DNA from: an uncultured archaeon
GTDB lineage: Archaea > Nanobdellota > Nanobdellia > Pacearchaeales > GW2011-AR1
Assembly (NCBI GenBank): GCA_937143345.1
Contig: CAKZRD010000004.1
Coordinates: forward strand, 1-52,132
Direction of reading: 5' to 3'
Length of the DNA: 52,132 nt
Shown: one piece after another, positions 27,245 to 36,316 of the stretch
Numbering within the stretch: the first letter of the stretch is position 1
How the letters are laid out: each line of letters starts with the position of its first letter
Position numbers and translations under genes: made by a program
The notes under the pieces: model-generated
The model's input: only the letters and a program-made list of their open reading frames with translations
Databases searched by the model: none
Told to the model about the DNA's origin: nothing

Positions 27245-28057
27245 ATGGATGAGATAATTACTACGGGACTTTTGAAAGAGGGCAGTTTATCTGCTCGAAT
27301 TTACTTTTCATTATTAGCAGAACCTAAAACACAATCTCAATTATCTAGGGAGATTTATGATGGTAAAGTTCAATTAGATAATATAAACAAAAACATCAAA
27401 GATCTTATTAATGAAGGATATGTTGAGAAATTGGATAAGCTTTTTGGCAAGGGACAAAATTATAATCAGAATTATTACCAATCTACGCTAAAACCTCTTT
27501 TAGAGTATATCACTAATAAAGTTAAATGGAGAAAGAAAACTAGCAAATCCACAAAAAAGGAAGAAATAACTTCTGCAGACTTGGCTTATTTGAAAATTCT
27601 ATTTAATTCAAACTGGTTTAAGAGATTTTATTCTCAAGGATACCTAAACCTAGATTTAGAAGCTAGTGGTAAATCTAATAAAAGATATTGCTCTTGCCCT
27701 ATTAGATTATTGGCTAGATTAATTGAGGAGATATTTGTAATAGCTGAAATGTTTGGAAATTATGACTTTATCCTATTAAATAAAAACGATAAAATTGATA
27801 ATTTTGATACTTTCATTCTTTCTAATCAAAACAGAATCGATAATACAAAAAGAAAAATTATTAAGAAAGTAATTAATGATGCTAAAGATAACTTGGGATC
27901 TTATCCTAGGACTGATAGCACTATTGATTATTACTTTAAAGATTATGGAGTATTATTCTTACCTTTTGATTTATCAAAGAAATTATCCTCTATTGGAAGA
28001 GTTCCTTTGACAGTTGCTCTTGCTTTTGATAATGCTTTGAAATACCAAGGTCTTTAG
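27245..28057 (+). CDS. Hypothetical protein with N-terminal winged HTH
   Basis: IYFSLLAEPKTQSQLSREIY...INKNIKDLINEGYVEK pattern. Confidence 0.6.
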   Translation: MDEIITTGLLKEGSLSARIYFSLLAEPKTQSQLSREIYDGKVQLDNINKNIKDLINEGYVEKLDKLFGKGQNYNQNYYQSTLKPLLEYITNKVKWRKKTSKSTKKEEITSADLAYLKILFNSNWFKRFYSQGYLNLDLEASGKSNKRYCSCPIRLLARLIEEIFVIAEMFGNYDFILLNKNDKIDNFDTFILSNQNRIDNTKRKIIKKVINDAKDNLGSYPRTDSTIDYYFKDYGVLFLPFDLSKKLSSIGRVPLTVALAFDNALKYQGL

Positions 28058-28134
28058 AAAACGTCCGTTTTCCAATCCCCTATTTTTTACATCCTGGCTC
28101 GTCTATTAAAATCTGGCATTTACATGGGGGGATT

Positions 28135-29073
28135 TTATAAGAACTCTAAACTTACAAGATTACCATTGCAACTAAATTTACCTTTTCCGCCAATAGGTAT
28201 GATTATGTTTTCTACGCAATGCCCTATTTCTTCGATTCTAGCTATTGGAATATTTGAATCTATAAATACTTCTTTAGCAAGCTCTTCAATCGTAACATCG
28301 TTTTCCTTTTGTTTTTGTTCACAAAATGCAAAACTTCCCAAGATAATTCCTCGGCATAAGTGAAATTTTTTATGTTGTTTTATTTGAGTTAATTTGGATT
28401 TAATAACTGATTTTTCTTCCCCTATATCTTCTAATATCAATATATATGGAGAATCTAATATCTCTAATGGATCATATTTAGTTCCAAGTAATAAAGAAAA
28501 AGAAGCTAAACATCCTCCTAAAAATATTCCTTCACCTTGTCCAGGAATTATAGTTCGCCATTTATTTGTATTGGGGTTTTTAATTATATCTAGTTTACCT
28601 TTCTTCAGAAATGAATTTAAGATGTTTTCAGTATATTCAGTTGCATTTTTACCAAGACCCCATAAGAAATCTAGGCCATGATAAGTAATTATTTTAGATT
28701 TTAAAGAGATTACATTAAGCAAAACAGTAATATCACTAAGACCAAAAAAAGGTTTTTTATTATGACTTATAAGATTATAATCTAATAAATCTAATAAATC
28801 ATTAGAGTTATCTCCTCCTTGAGAAGATATGATTGCCCTAATTTTTTTATCTTTAAATGCTTCCATAATATCTTCAGCTCTTTCTTCAGCAGTTCCTGAT
28901 AGGAAGCTTCTTTTTCCATTAAAATGTTTTGAATAATCAAACAAGATAGAATTATTTTTTAGTACTTTTTCCGCTTTTTCAATTAACTCTTTTGCCTCAG
29001 ATTCATCCAGAACATTTGCCGATGGCGAAACAATTCTTACTTTAATTTCTTCTTCTAGTTTCTTCTTTTGCAT
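28135..29073 (-). CDS. S66 peptidase (LD-carboxypeptidase/MccF family)
   Basis: IVSPS, GTAEERAEDI, QGG, G.SDIT (Ser), GGCL, LEDIGE (Glu), IGH (His). Confidence 0.92.
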   Translation of the reverse strand: MQKKKLEEEIKVRIVSPSANVLDESEAKELIEKAEKVLKNNSILFDYSKHFNGKRSFLSGTAEERAEDIMEAFKDKKIRAIISSQGGDNSNDLLDLLDYNLISHNKKPFFGLSDITVLLNVISLKSKIITYHGLDFLWGLGKNATEYTENILNSFLKKGKLDIIKNPNTNKWRTIIPGQGEGIFLGGCLASFSLLLGTKYDPLEILDSPYILILEDIGEEKSVIKSKLTQIKQHKKFHLCRGIILGSFAFCEQKQKENDVTIEELAKEVFIDSNIPIARIEEIGHCVENIIIPIGGKGKFSCNGNLVSLEFL

Positions 29074-29638
29074 TTTGTACTATCCACTCTGATTTATCCC
29101 TCAGAAAATTAGGATCATTTCCCAAAATTCTGAACATCTCTTTTAGTGAGTCTATCCTCTCAGAACAATAAGGAACTGGACTTTTTATATCTTTAGAAGG
29201 ACTATTATAAATTGAATAAACCTGATTTACATTCTTTTGAATCATTGCCAATTCTAAATAAATTTGAGAGGATTCTGACAGAAAAGCGTTATCTTTTAAA
29301 TCGAACCATTTGAGAGTTATAGGGCAGGTATCCGTTGTATAATTTATTGCTTCTCTTCCATAAACAGCTCCTGGTGAGGAAATCATTCTAGTGGTTAATG
29401 GCAGGGTTGTAAAAAGTGCTCCAAGATTATCAAAATATTCATTTACAGACAAATTAATTCTATGATTTATCTGAGCTATATGTCCCCACATTTCATTTTC
29501 TGAAAAATCCTTTACTCTATTTTCAACTTCCTCTAGCGAGGGGATTATCTTAGATATATCCTTAATTTCCTTAAATATTTTATTACCCATATAGGAAATA
29601 GTTCCATCATGATTAGCTCTATAGGGTCCTAGCATCAT
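29042..29638 (-). pseudogene. Truncated/chimeric AsnRS/AspRS catalytic-domain paralog (archaeal asparagine synthetase A-like)
   Basis: TTRMISSPGA..FLSESSQIYLE..VYSIYNS, then breaks off before the expected motif 2 FRxE into unrelated sequence. Confidence 0.65.
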
Positions 29639-29713
29639 ACAATTATAAAAATTTTCAATTTAAAAACCTATTTAACTAAAAAAGTTTAAAAAGAGGTAAT
29701 CTTTAAATAAATA

Positions 29714-30670
29714 ATGGATAAAAGTAAACTTAATATAAAGGATATGAAACTTTTAGATTTATTGGATTTAGATTCTAGGGCAAATTTATCAGTACTTTCT
29801 AAACAACTAAGTATTTCTAATCAAGCAACCTCTAAGAAAATAAAGCAACTATTAAATCAAGATTTTTTAAAGTTTGTAACTTTCGTTGACTTATTTTCGA
29901 TAGGATATAATAATGCACACATATACCTTAAATTACAGGGCTATGAAAAGAAAGATTACGAAAATTTTATTATAGAAATTTCAAAAATAAAGGGTATTGC
30001 ATGGATTGCAGAGTTATTTGGAGATTTTGATTTAGGCATTTCATTTTTTTATAAAAATAGTTTAGAGCTCGCAAAATTCATGGAAAAAATAAATATTATC
30101 TGCAAAGAGAATATAAAAGAAAGAGAGACATTTTTTATAAAAGAGCATATAATTTCAAATATATGCTTTGATATAGATTCTAAACGAGTTCTTGATAAAA
30201 TTCAGCTCTCTAATAAAATTTATTCATTAAACAAACAAGAAATGGCAATTCTAGGCAAAATAAAGTCAAACCCCAGATATTCTATTTATTCTTTGTCAGA
30301 AGAACTTAAACTTAATCCAAAAACAATAAAGAACATTATCAAAAGATTAGAGTCTCTTAAGATTATTAGATGGTATAAAATAATCTCAAACTATCGAAAA
30401 CTGAATAAAATGTATAATGTTTGCCTTTTAGAGATAAAGCCTGGCGAGAAGATAGAAAGTATAATGAACTTCTTTGAACAAGAAAGAAACATACCATTTA
30501 TCTCAAGAACTTTTGAAAATAATCTGCTTTTTGATTACATTAGCCAAGATTATCAAGAGATTAAAGATTGTGTAAATCTTTTGAAAAAGAAATTTGAGGA
30601 CAAGATCTTGAATTATAAAATTTTTAGTATAGAGAAAGTGATAAAGAATGTAGAAACCTACGATGAATAA
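29714..30670 (+). CDS. Tandem-duplicated Lrp/AsnC family regulator
   Basis: Two HTH+RAM units (DSRANLSVLSKQL..; NPRYSIYSLSEELKL..IKRLE...II); divergent from the aaRS-like gene. Confidence 0.85.
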   Translation: MDKSKLNIKDMKLLDLLDLDSRANLSVLSKQLSISNQATSKKIKQLLNQDFLKFVTFVDLFSIGYNNAHIYLKLQGYEKKDYENFIIEISKIKGIAWIAELFGDFDLGISFFYKNSLELAKFMEKINIICKENIKERETFFIKEHIISNICFDIDSKRVLDKIQLSNKIYSLNKQEMAILGKIKSNPRYSIYSLSEELKLNPKTIKNIIKRLESLKIIRWYKIISNYRKLNKMYNVCLLEIKPGEKIESIMNFFEQERNIPFISRTFENNLLFDYISQDYQEIKDCVNLLKKKFEDKILNYKIFSIEKVIKNVETYDE

Positions 30671-30803
30671 TTTCTTTTTATCCTAAGAGTGCCAAAAGTG
30701 TAACAAAAAGGCGAACGTGGGCGGAGAGTATGTATATATTATTATTGATCATTATAATAATAGTAATACACCTAAAATGAAAGAATTTTTGGCTATGTTT
30801 TCT

Positions 30804-31988
30804 TTATTTTGTTTTATTTTGCTTAGCTTCTTGCAACTCTATTATCTTTCTTTGAAGGTCTGCCAACAATAAGGCTCCTTTGTTTGATTGTTGTTGGATT
30901 GTATCCATTTTTTCCATTAAAATTTGGTTTTGCTTTTCAGATTCCAATAAACGCTTTTCCATGTCGGTCTTTGTTAAGTCCAAAAGCAAATCCTCTTCTG
31001 TTATTGTATCCTTCATGCCTAAAAGTTCGCTGTAGTAATGGATTTTATCGCTTTTCTTCCAGCCAAACCTATACTTTAGGGCATTTTCATTCTTATATCT
31101 CGGAAGCCAATAGTAACATGAACAATGCCTAAAGTCATACATCGTAAGATTGCTATATTTTTCTCCAGCTGGGCTTAATTCTTCCCCGAAAATTCTCTGC
31201 CCTAATCTTTTCAAATACTTATTAGTTGAAGCAGGATCAATATCAAAAATATAATCCTCTGATTTTAATCCGTTATTCCTAATAAACTCTTTAAGCAACT
31301 TTGAAGAAAGCATTAACTTTATTCTTCTTCCGAAAGTTTTAGAAATTTCATCTCTAATGTTTAGCTCTTTGCAATCTTTGTTTAAGTCTGAAACTTTAAT
31401 ATTGATTAATTCAGAAGGAGCTCGCATTCCTGTATCCAAAAGAAACATAATAAGAACTTTGTATTCGTATTTGCAATTATCACAAAGTTTCTTTATTTGC
31501 TCTTCAGTCAAATAAACCCATTCTGGCTTTTCTCTTGAATTATCTAATTCGGAAGTTATGTCTATGATTTCTCGTCCTTCTTTTCTACTCGATTTAATAT
31601 ACCAATGCCAGAATGCTTTGAATGTTTTAATAAAATCAACAAAAGACTTATAGTTTCCGCCATCTTCTCGCTTTATTACTCCGTTTCTCATATCAGCAAA
31701 GAAATAATGCAGTTGCTCTTCCTGTATCTTAGTAATATCATCGATGTTGTAAATCTCTTTAAACTTTCTCATTAGATAAACGAGTCTTGTTCTAACAGAA
31801 ATAAGCCTGTTGAAACCTCTCGGACCTTTCTTAGTTCCAAGAGTTATGTTTCTGCCAACTTCCATATCTCTAATGTAAGCAAGAATTAAATCAGAGTTCA
31901 CCTTGCTAATTTCAGAAATTCCTTTTTCTTCAACTTTCTTTTTCCAAGAAATATACCTTTCTTGGTTTTTGTAGGGGTCTCGCTTCAT
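30804..31988 (-). CDS. Tyrosine recombinase/integrase
   Basis: DTGMRAPSE (Arg), SKTFGR (Lys), YDFRH, FGW, HYY (Tyr); C-terminal coiled coil; ATG 31988 preferred over the track start 32027. Confidence 0.92.
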   Translation of the reverse strand: MKRDPYKNQERYISWKKKVEEKGISEISKVNSDLILAYIRDMEVGRNITLGTKKGPRGFNRLISVRTRLVYLMRKFKEIYNIDDITKIQEEQLHYFFADMRNGVIKREDGGNYKSFVDFIKTFKAFWHWYIKSSRKEGREIIDITSELDNSREKPEWVYLTEEQIKKLCDNCKYEYKVLIMFLLDTGMRAPSELINIKVSDLNKDCKELNIRDEISKTFGRRIKLMLSSKLLKEFIRNNGLKSEDYIFDIDPASTNKYLKRLGQRIFGEELSPAGEKYSNLTMYDFRHCSCYYWLPRYKNENALKYRFGWKKSDKIHYYSELLGMKDTITEEDLLLDLTKTDMEKRLLESEKQNQILMEKMDTIQQQSNKGALLLADLQRKIIELQEAKQNKTK

Positions 31989-32066
31989 ATTTGTTTTAAG
32001 GCAGAAGTTTTTAAATTCCTCTACCACTGATTTGGTGCGTCCCCTACAAATTCCAATTTAGGTTTA

Positions 32067-32234
32067 TGCTCCCACCGGGATTCGAACCCGGGTTATCACC
32101 GATCTCCGTATCACCTCGAGAAGGAAAATTTCTTCCAGAGATGTAGTTTCCATAAAGGAAGAAAGCTTCTGTCTCATCGACGCTGCCTTCACTACTTGAG
32201 AGGGTGATGTCCTTGGCCTCTAGACTATGGGAGC
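32067..32234 (-). tRNA. tRNA-Glu(CUC) with 95-nt intron at position 37/38 (intron 32102-32196)
   Basis: GCTCCCA/TGGGAGC acceptor stem, TCACC/GGTGA anticodon stem, CTC anticodon; BHB motif: CUCU(32-35) pairs with intron GGAG, two 3-nt bulges, outer helix GUA/UAC. Confidence 0.92.
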
Positions 32235-32273
32235 TTTATTTAAGAAGAAAATTTATTTTTTAAAACTTATGAA

Positions 32274-32600
32274 TTAACTTAATTCAAGAATTGCTTCTGC
32301 AATGTCTCCTTTTGTTTTTTTCAATATTTTTAAAACTTCTTTTTTTGATTTACCTGTTTTTTCCATCACAATTTTTATGTCTTCTTCATTAAAAGAGGAC
32401 GATTCTTCTTCGGAGATTTCTCCAGAAATCTGAAAACTTGTGTTTCCGCTCATTTTTATTTTCATAACAGAAGGATTATTAATTTTTATCTTTTTATCTT
32501 CACATTCAATAATAACTCGTGAAGCATTGATTTCCTCTTGAGCAATGCCCATCTTTTTCATAAGCCCTTCTATCTGTTTTGGATTAAGATTTCCGAACAT
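32274..32600 (-). CDS. nac: Nascent polypeptide-associated complex protein
   Basis: NPKQ..MKKMGI, FQISG, EDIKIV..GDIAEAI UBA-like tail. Confidence 0.95.
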   Translation of the reverse strand: MFGNLNPKQIEGLMKKMGIAQEEINASRVIIECEDKKIKINNPSVMKIKMSGNTSFQISGEISEEESSSFNEEDIKIVMEKTGKSKKEVLKILKKTKGDIAEAILELS

Positions 32601-32601
32601 T

Positions 32602-32751
32602 TTAAATTAAAAAGTTTAATAAAAGATAAAAAATTATTAGAACGATAATAAACCCGACGACAAGACCAGGACTTAGCTGGATTTTCGAATCATATTCTTC
32701 CTTATATCTTGTTATTCCACCATACGCAGGTAAAAAAATATTATCAGCCAT
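32602..32751 (-). CDS. secG: Preprotein translocase Sec61beta/SecG (49 aa)
   Basis: Manual translation MADNIFLPAYGGITRYKEEYDSKIQLSPGLVVGFIIVLIIFYLLLNFLI: GG..RY.EE..SKI.L.P followed by a TM. Not in the ORF track. Confidence 0.88.
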   Translation of the reverse strand: MADNIFLPAYGGITRYKEEYDSKIQLSPGLVVGFIIVLIIFYLLLNFLI

Positions 32752-33297
32752 AAAAATTAGTATAATTCTCTGTTTTTAAATTTTCCTGATGAACCCACTT
32801 TTGTATTTTTTCTTATTTTTTCGCTTTATTAATTAATTTTAAAATTCCAATATCCCAACCATACATCTAACTAATCCTAATAATCGCCAAATTGCTAGTC
32901 TAATCTTATAATTTTCATAATTTTTTCGATATTCCTGAAATTTCTGAGTTTTTTCATTTTCTGCAATTCGTTTTTTATTAAAATTAAAGTATGTTTCTTT
33001 TCATTTGATATTTACCTAAAATTGTATTGAACACCAAGCTTAAACAATCCGAATGGTTTGAGCAAAACAAAGTTACCTCGGGTGTTTTGCAGATTAAAAT
33101 CTAATTTTTTTGTGAATTTTTTTATTTCTTCCGATTTATCAAAATAATCAGCTTATTTGAATTTATTTTTTTTATCTTTTTGAGATACTCAGATTTACTA
33201 TAAATTTATTTTTTAGGTAATATCTAAGCTATCTTCTATTTCTACAAAATTTACTGTTTTTAAAAAGATTTAAATATTTAGTTTTTTTAATATTAGT

Positions 33298-35727
33298 ATG
33301 AAAAAAAAGTTAATGATAATTTTCTCGTTGACCATTCTTTTTGTGTTACTATTAGGTTTTCTTTTTCGAACAAATTTTTTTATAGAGCAAATAAAATCGC
33401 CAATAATTACAGGAAAGGTTGTTGGAGAAGAAATAGTTCAGTTTCCTATTGCGGCAGTTGCAGATTCTGGAGATCCTTCTGCTGTTATTGGGAATAAAAA
33501 TATGGTTTTTTGCAGTCGTTATTGGCAAAAGAATTCTAACAAAGCGTCAGGGAAAATAAGTGTAGAATTTGAAAAAGAAGTTTACCCTACAAAAATAATT
33601 GTTTTTGGTTCTGATGCATGGTTTAGTAAGGCTGAAGCATGGAATGGTACGGATTGGTTAATTATTTGGATGGGAGAATCATCTAATAAAATTACAGAGA
33701 TGAATGTTCGACAGATATATTTTAAGACTAAGAAGATAAGAATAACATCTCCTATAGGAAAATGGGGGAGGATTTGTTCTATTAAACTTGTTGGTAAGGA
33801 GAAATTTGAAGAATTCCCTCTGTGTAAAGATACGGGAATAGTTTGTAAGGTTGGTGAGGTATGTACTAAAGGTTGGAAAAACTCAAAGGATACGAGTATG
33901 TGTTGTTCTTCTAACTGCGAACAAAGAATCTTTGCCTATAGTCTTGGGTATTTTACTGGGGGAAGTTCATTGGACTCAATTCGAATGGCAAAACTTCTTC
34001 ATATGAACTATTATCAAATGGGTGGGCAAGAGTGGTATATTAGGGAAAAGAACGACGAAATTCACGAGTATCAAGAGAGAATTGATTTCTATGAAAAAAC
34101 AAAAAATTCAAATGTTAATATCTTTCATCCTTTTTTTCGCAATGACCCAAGAGTTAATTATCTTGCTGGAGAAGATAAACTAATGGAAAAATATCCTCAT
34201 TATAATGGAGTTTATATAGATGACGCATCGAATATTGGATATGATGCAATTTATAAAGCAATAACTGATTTAAATAATTTAAAAAATGGTTTGAAATACA
34301 TTTTGGTAGGATACAATCATCATCTTCTTAATTGGGGAAATCATCTTTCTACTAAGTTTGGTTCTAACTCGCCAATTGGGTCAAATGTGGTTTGGTTTAT
34401 CTTTGGAAGAACTATACCTTGCGGGGTGTCAAATACAAACTTTAAAGAAATAGCTACTATAAATTCTAATAAACCTGCTAATAAGATTGGAATGGGAGTG
34501 TATGCAGGTTCATATAGTAACTATTACTGCATTAAGTTTAGAGGATACAAAGGTGGTGGATGGGAACCACATAATGTAAATTTACAAAGAGATTTTTGGA
34601 CAGAAGGTATCAGCTCAGGTTTTGGAGGTTTTTTCTTTTGGAATCCTTGGATGTTTAGTTTGAACGGCAGAAATACGGATTTTTATGGTTATATCCAAAG
34701 TAAGAATTTTCCTACATTAAGGGAACGTACATGGACACCTAGTGGAGTAAGAGTAACTGACCAAATAAATTTGATTTATGAAGTAATACCTGACTTATGT
34801 CCTTACTGTTCTCTTTGTGGGGAGAATAAGATTTATGTCGAAGACGGATTTTTTGGAGCTAGTTGTTGTAATCATGATGAAAAAGCGATAGGTAATGATT
34901 GTATTAAAAAATCTTCCATAAGTGTTTGGGCAAATGATTCAGATAAAGGAATAAAACTAGTTGGTCCTCCAAAAAGCTCTTTTAGATGTTATTCTGGTTT
35001 GGGTCAAGAAGAAATGTGGAAAAAGCCAATTAAAACTCAAACAGATTTAGTTACATTAGATTTTCCTACAGCAATTTCTCCAACACACCTCACATTTTAC
35101 GGAAACAACATTATAATAAACAAAGTGGAGATTTTGAATCCTCATGGAGAATGGATAGTAGTTTCTACTAACGAAAGTAATGGTCTTTGTATAGGCACAA
35201 TTAAACTAGAAAGAAAGAATTTCCAAACTAACAAAGTTAGGTTAACCTTACCTCCATCAAATTATGACAATAGTGCATTGGACGCAGTTATGATTAGTGA
35301 GGAGCATCCCCAAAACATTTGTGCACCATCTGATTGGAACTATACTCTTTTCCCGGAGATTTGTCCTTCGGAGACAGCTATTCAAATTAAATCGTGGTCA
35401 AAAATAAGACAATGTACTGGTGGATTTCAACCATCCTCTTTAGTAGAAAATATAACATGTTCTTATCGATCTTCTCCTAACAATCAATTTTTTAAAGATT
35501 CCGACGAAGATGGTGTTCCAGACGAAGTAGATTTTTGCCCTGAAACTTATTTTGGTTTTAAGGTAAACTCTTACGGCTGCCCACTTCCAATAAATTTTAC
35601 ATTTTATTCAAATTATCTTGAAAATACAACATCAAACATGATACAAAATTTAGTTTCAGGGAATGAAAACATTCTTTTTATAGAAGAGCCAAATTTTAAC
35701 ATAAATTATTTCTTTAGTAGATTTTGA
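33298..35727 (+). CDS. Large surface protein: N-terminal TM, two discoidin-like beta-sandwich repeats, central TIM-barrel glycoside-hydrolase-like region, Cys-rich linkers, TSP3-like Ca-binding repeat
   Basis: Repeated units (~aa50-168, ~aa540-670); NGVYIDD..PANKIGMG..GFGGFFFW; DSDEDGVPDEVDFCPET..GCP. Confidence 0.6.
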   Translation: MKKKLMIIFSLTILFVLLLGFLFRTNFFIEQIKSPIITGKVVGEEIVQFPIAAVADSGDPSAVIGNKNMVFCSRYWQKNSNKASGKISVEFEKEVYPTKIIVFGSDAWFSKAEAWNGTDWLIIWMGESSNKITEMNVRQIYFKTKKIRITSPIGKWGRICSIKLVGKEKFEEFPLCKDTGIVCKVGEVCTKGWKNSKDTSMCCSSNCEQRIFAYSLGYFTGGSSLDSIRMAKLLHMNYYQMGGQEWYIREKNDEIHEYQERIDFYEKTKNSNVNIFHPFFRNDPRVNYLAGEDKLMEKYPHYNGVYIDDASNIGYDAIYKAITDLNNLKNGLKYILVGYNHHLLNWGNHLSTKFGSNSPIGSNVVWFIFGRTIPCGVSNTNFKEIATINSNKPANKIGMGVYAGSYSNYYCIKFRGYKGGGWEPHNVNLQRDFWTEGISSGFGGFFFWNPWMFSLNGRNTDFYGYIQSKNFPTLRERTWTPSGVRVTDQINLIYEVIPDLCPYCSLCGENKIYVEDGFFGASCCNHDEKAIGNDCIKKSSISVWANDSDKGIKLVGPPKSSFRCYSGLGQEEMWKKPIKTQTDLVTLDFPTAISPTHLTFYGNNIIINKVEILNPHGEWIVVSTNESNGLCIGTIKLERKNFQTNKVRLTLPPSNYDNSALDAVMISEEHPQNICAPSDWNYTLFPEICPSETAIQIKSWSKIRQCTGGFQPSSLVENITCSYRSSPNNQFFKDSDEDGVPDEVDFCPETYFGFKVNSYGCPLPINFTFYSNYLENTTSNMIQNLVSGNENILFIEEPNFNINYFFSRF

Positions 35728-36010
35728 TTCTAGCAAGACTATAAGGGCAACTTCTAAAATGATAGATATCTCTTCTATAAGAGAGAACCCGGTAAGATTA
35801 ACTTTTTATAATGTTACAATACCAAAATCCAAGATTGCTATGAATGGAAGAAAATGCGAGATTTGTACTATCGTTAGTTTTCAGAACGAAATTCTATTAG
35901 TAGATGTTCCAAACTCCAACTCTTCATACTCTATCGTAATATTAGAAGAATATGAGAAATTTCCAGTTTATAAAACAAACATAGAAAATTCTTCCTGTAT
36001 ACCTAATTGA
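35705..36010 (+). pseudogene. Probable frameshifted C-terminal continuation of the 809-aa surface protein
   Basis: The +1 frame is open from 35705 across the 35727 stop (SLVDFDSSKTIRATSKMID...LTFYNV..NGRKCEIC). Confidence 0.55.
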
Positions 36011-36109
36011 ACTATTTTTATTTTTGAGCTTTGAACAAAACATAAAAACCAAAAGATTTTTAAATGAATTTTTTTTCTCTTTTTTATAAAAAGTTTATTA
36101 TTCTTGATT

Positions 36110-36316
36110 ATGCATGTCCTTCAACCAAAACACACAAAATTAAAGAAAGAAGAAGCAGAGGAATTATTAAAGAAATATAATATCTCTAAAATTCAACTTC
36201 CTAAAATTTTAGAAGACGATCCAGCATTACCTGAGGGAGTTTCTAGAGGAGATATAATCAAAATAGAAAGAAAAATTGAAGATAAAATTGAAGTTTACTA
36301 CAGGGTTGTTGTTTAA
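36110..36316 (+). CDS. rpoH: RNA polymerase subunit H (Rpo5)
   Basis: HVLQPKH, LPKI..DDPA, YYRVV. Confidence 0.96.
   Translation: MHVLQPKHTKLKKEEAEELLKKYNISKIQLPKILEDDPALPEGVSRGDIIKIERKIEDKIEVYYRVVV

Larger units (their letters stand above)
26581..32066. mobile_element. Decayed ~5.5 kb integrative island at the 3' end of tRNA-Glu
   Basis: Integrase directly downstream of the tRNA; truncated genes inside; degenerate copy of the tRNA 3' end (GCTCCTGCCGAG vs GCTCCCACCGGG) at 26581-26592. Confidence 0.7.

Noticed and set aside
30737-30762. Chromosomal dif site
   Set aside because: Arms do not fit the ATAA-N6-TTAT core; kept only as a generic inverted repeat.
35725-35733. Alternative genetic code or read-through at the surface-protein TGA
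   Set aside because: TGA is followed by TTC TAG, and TGA terminates many conserved genes in this window.
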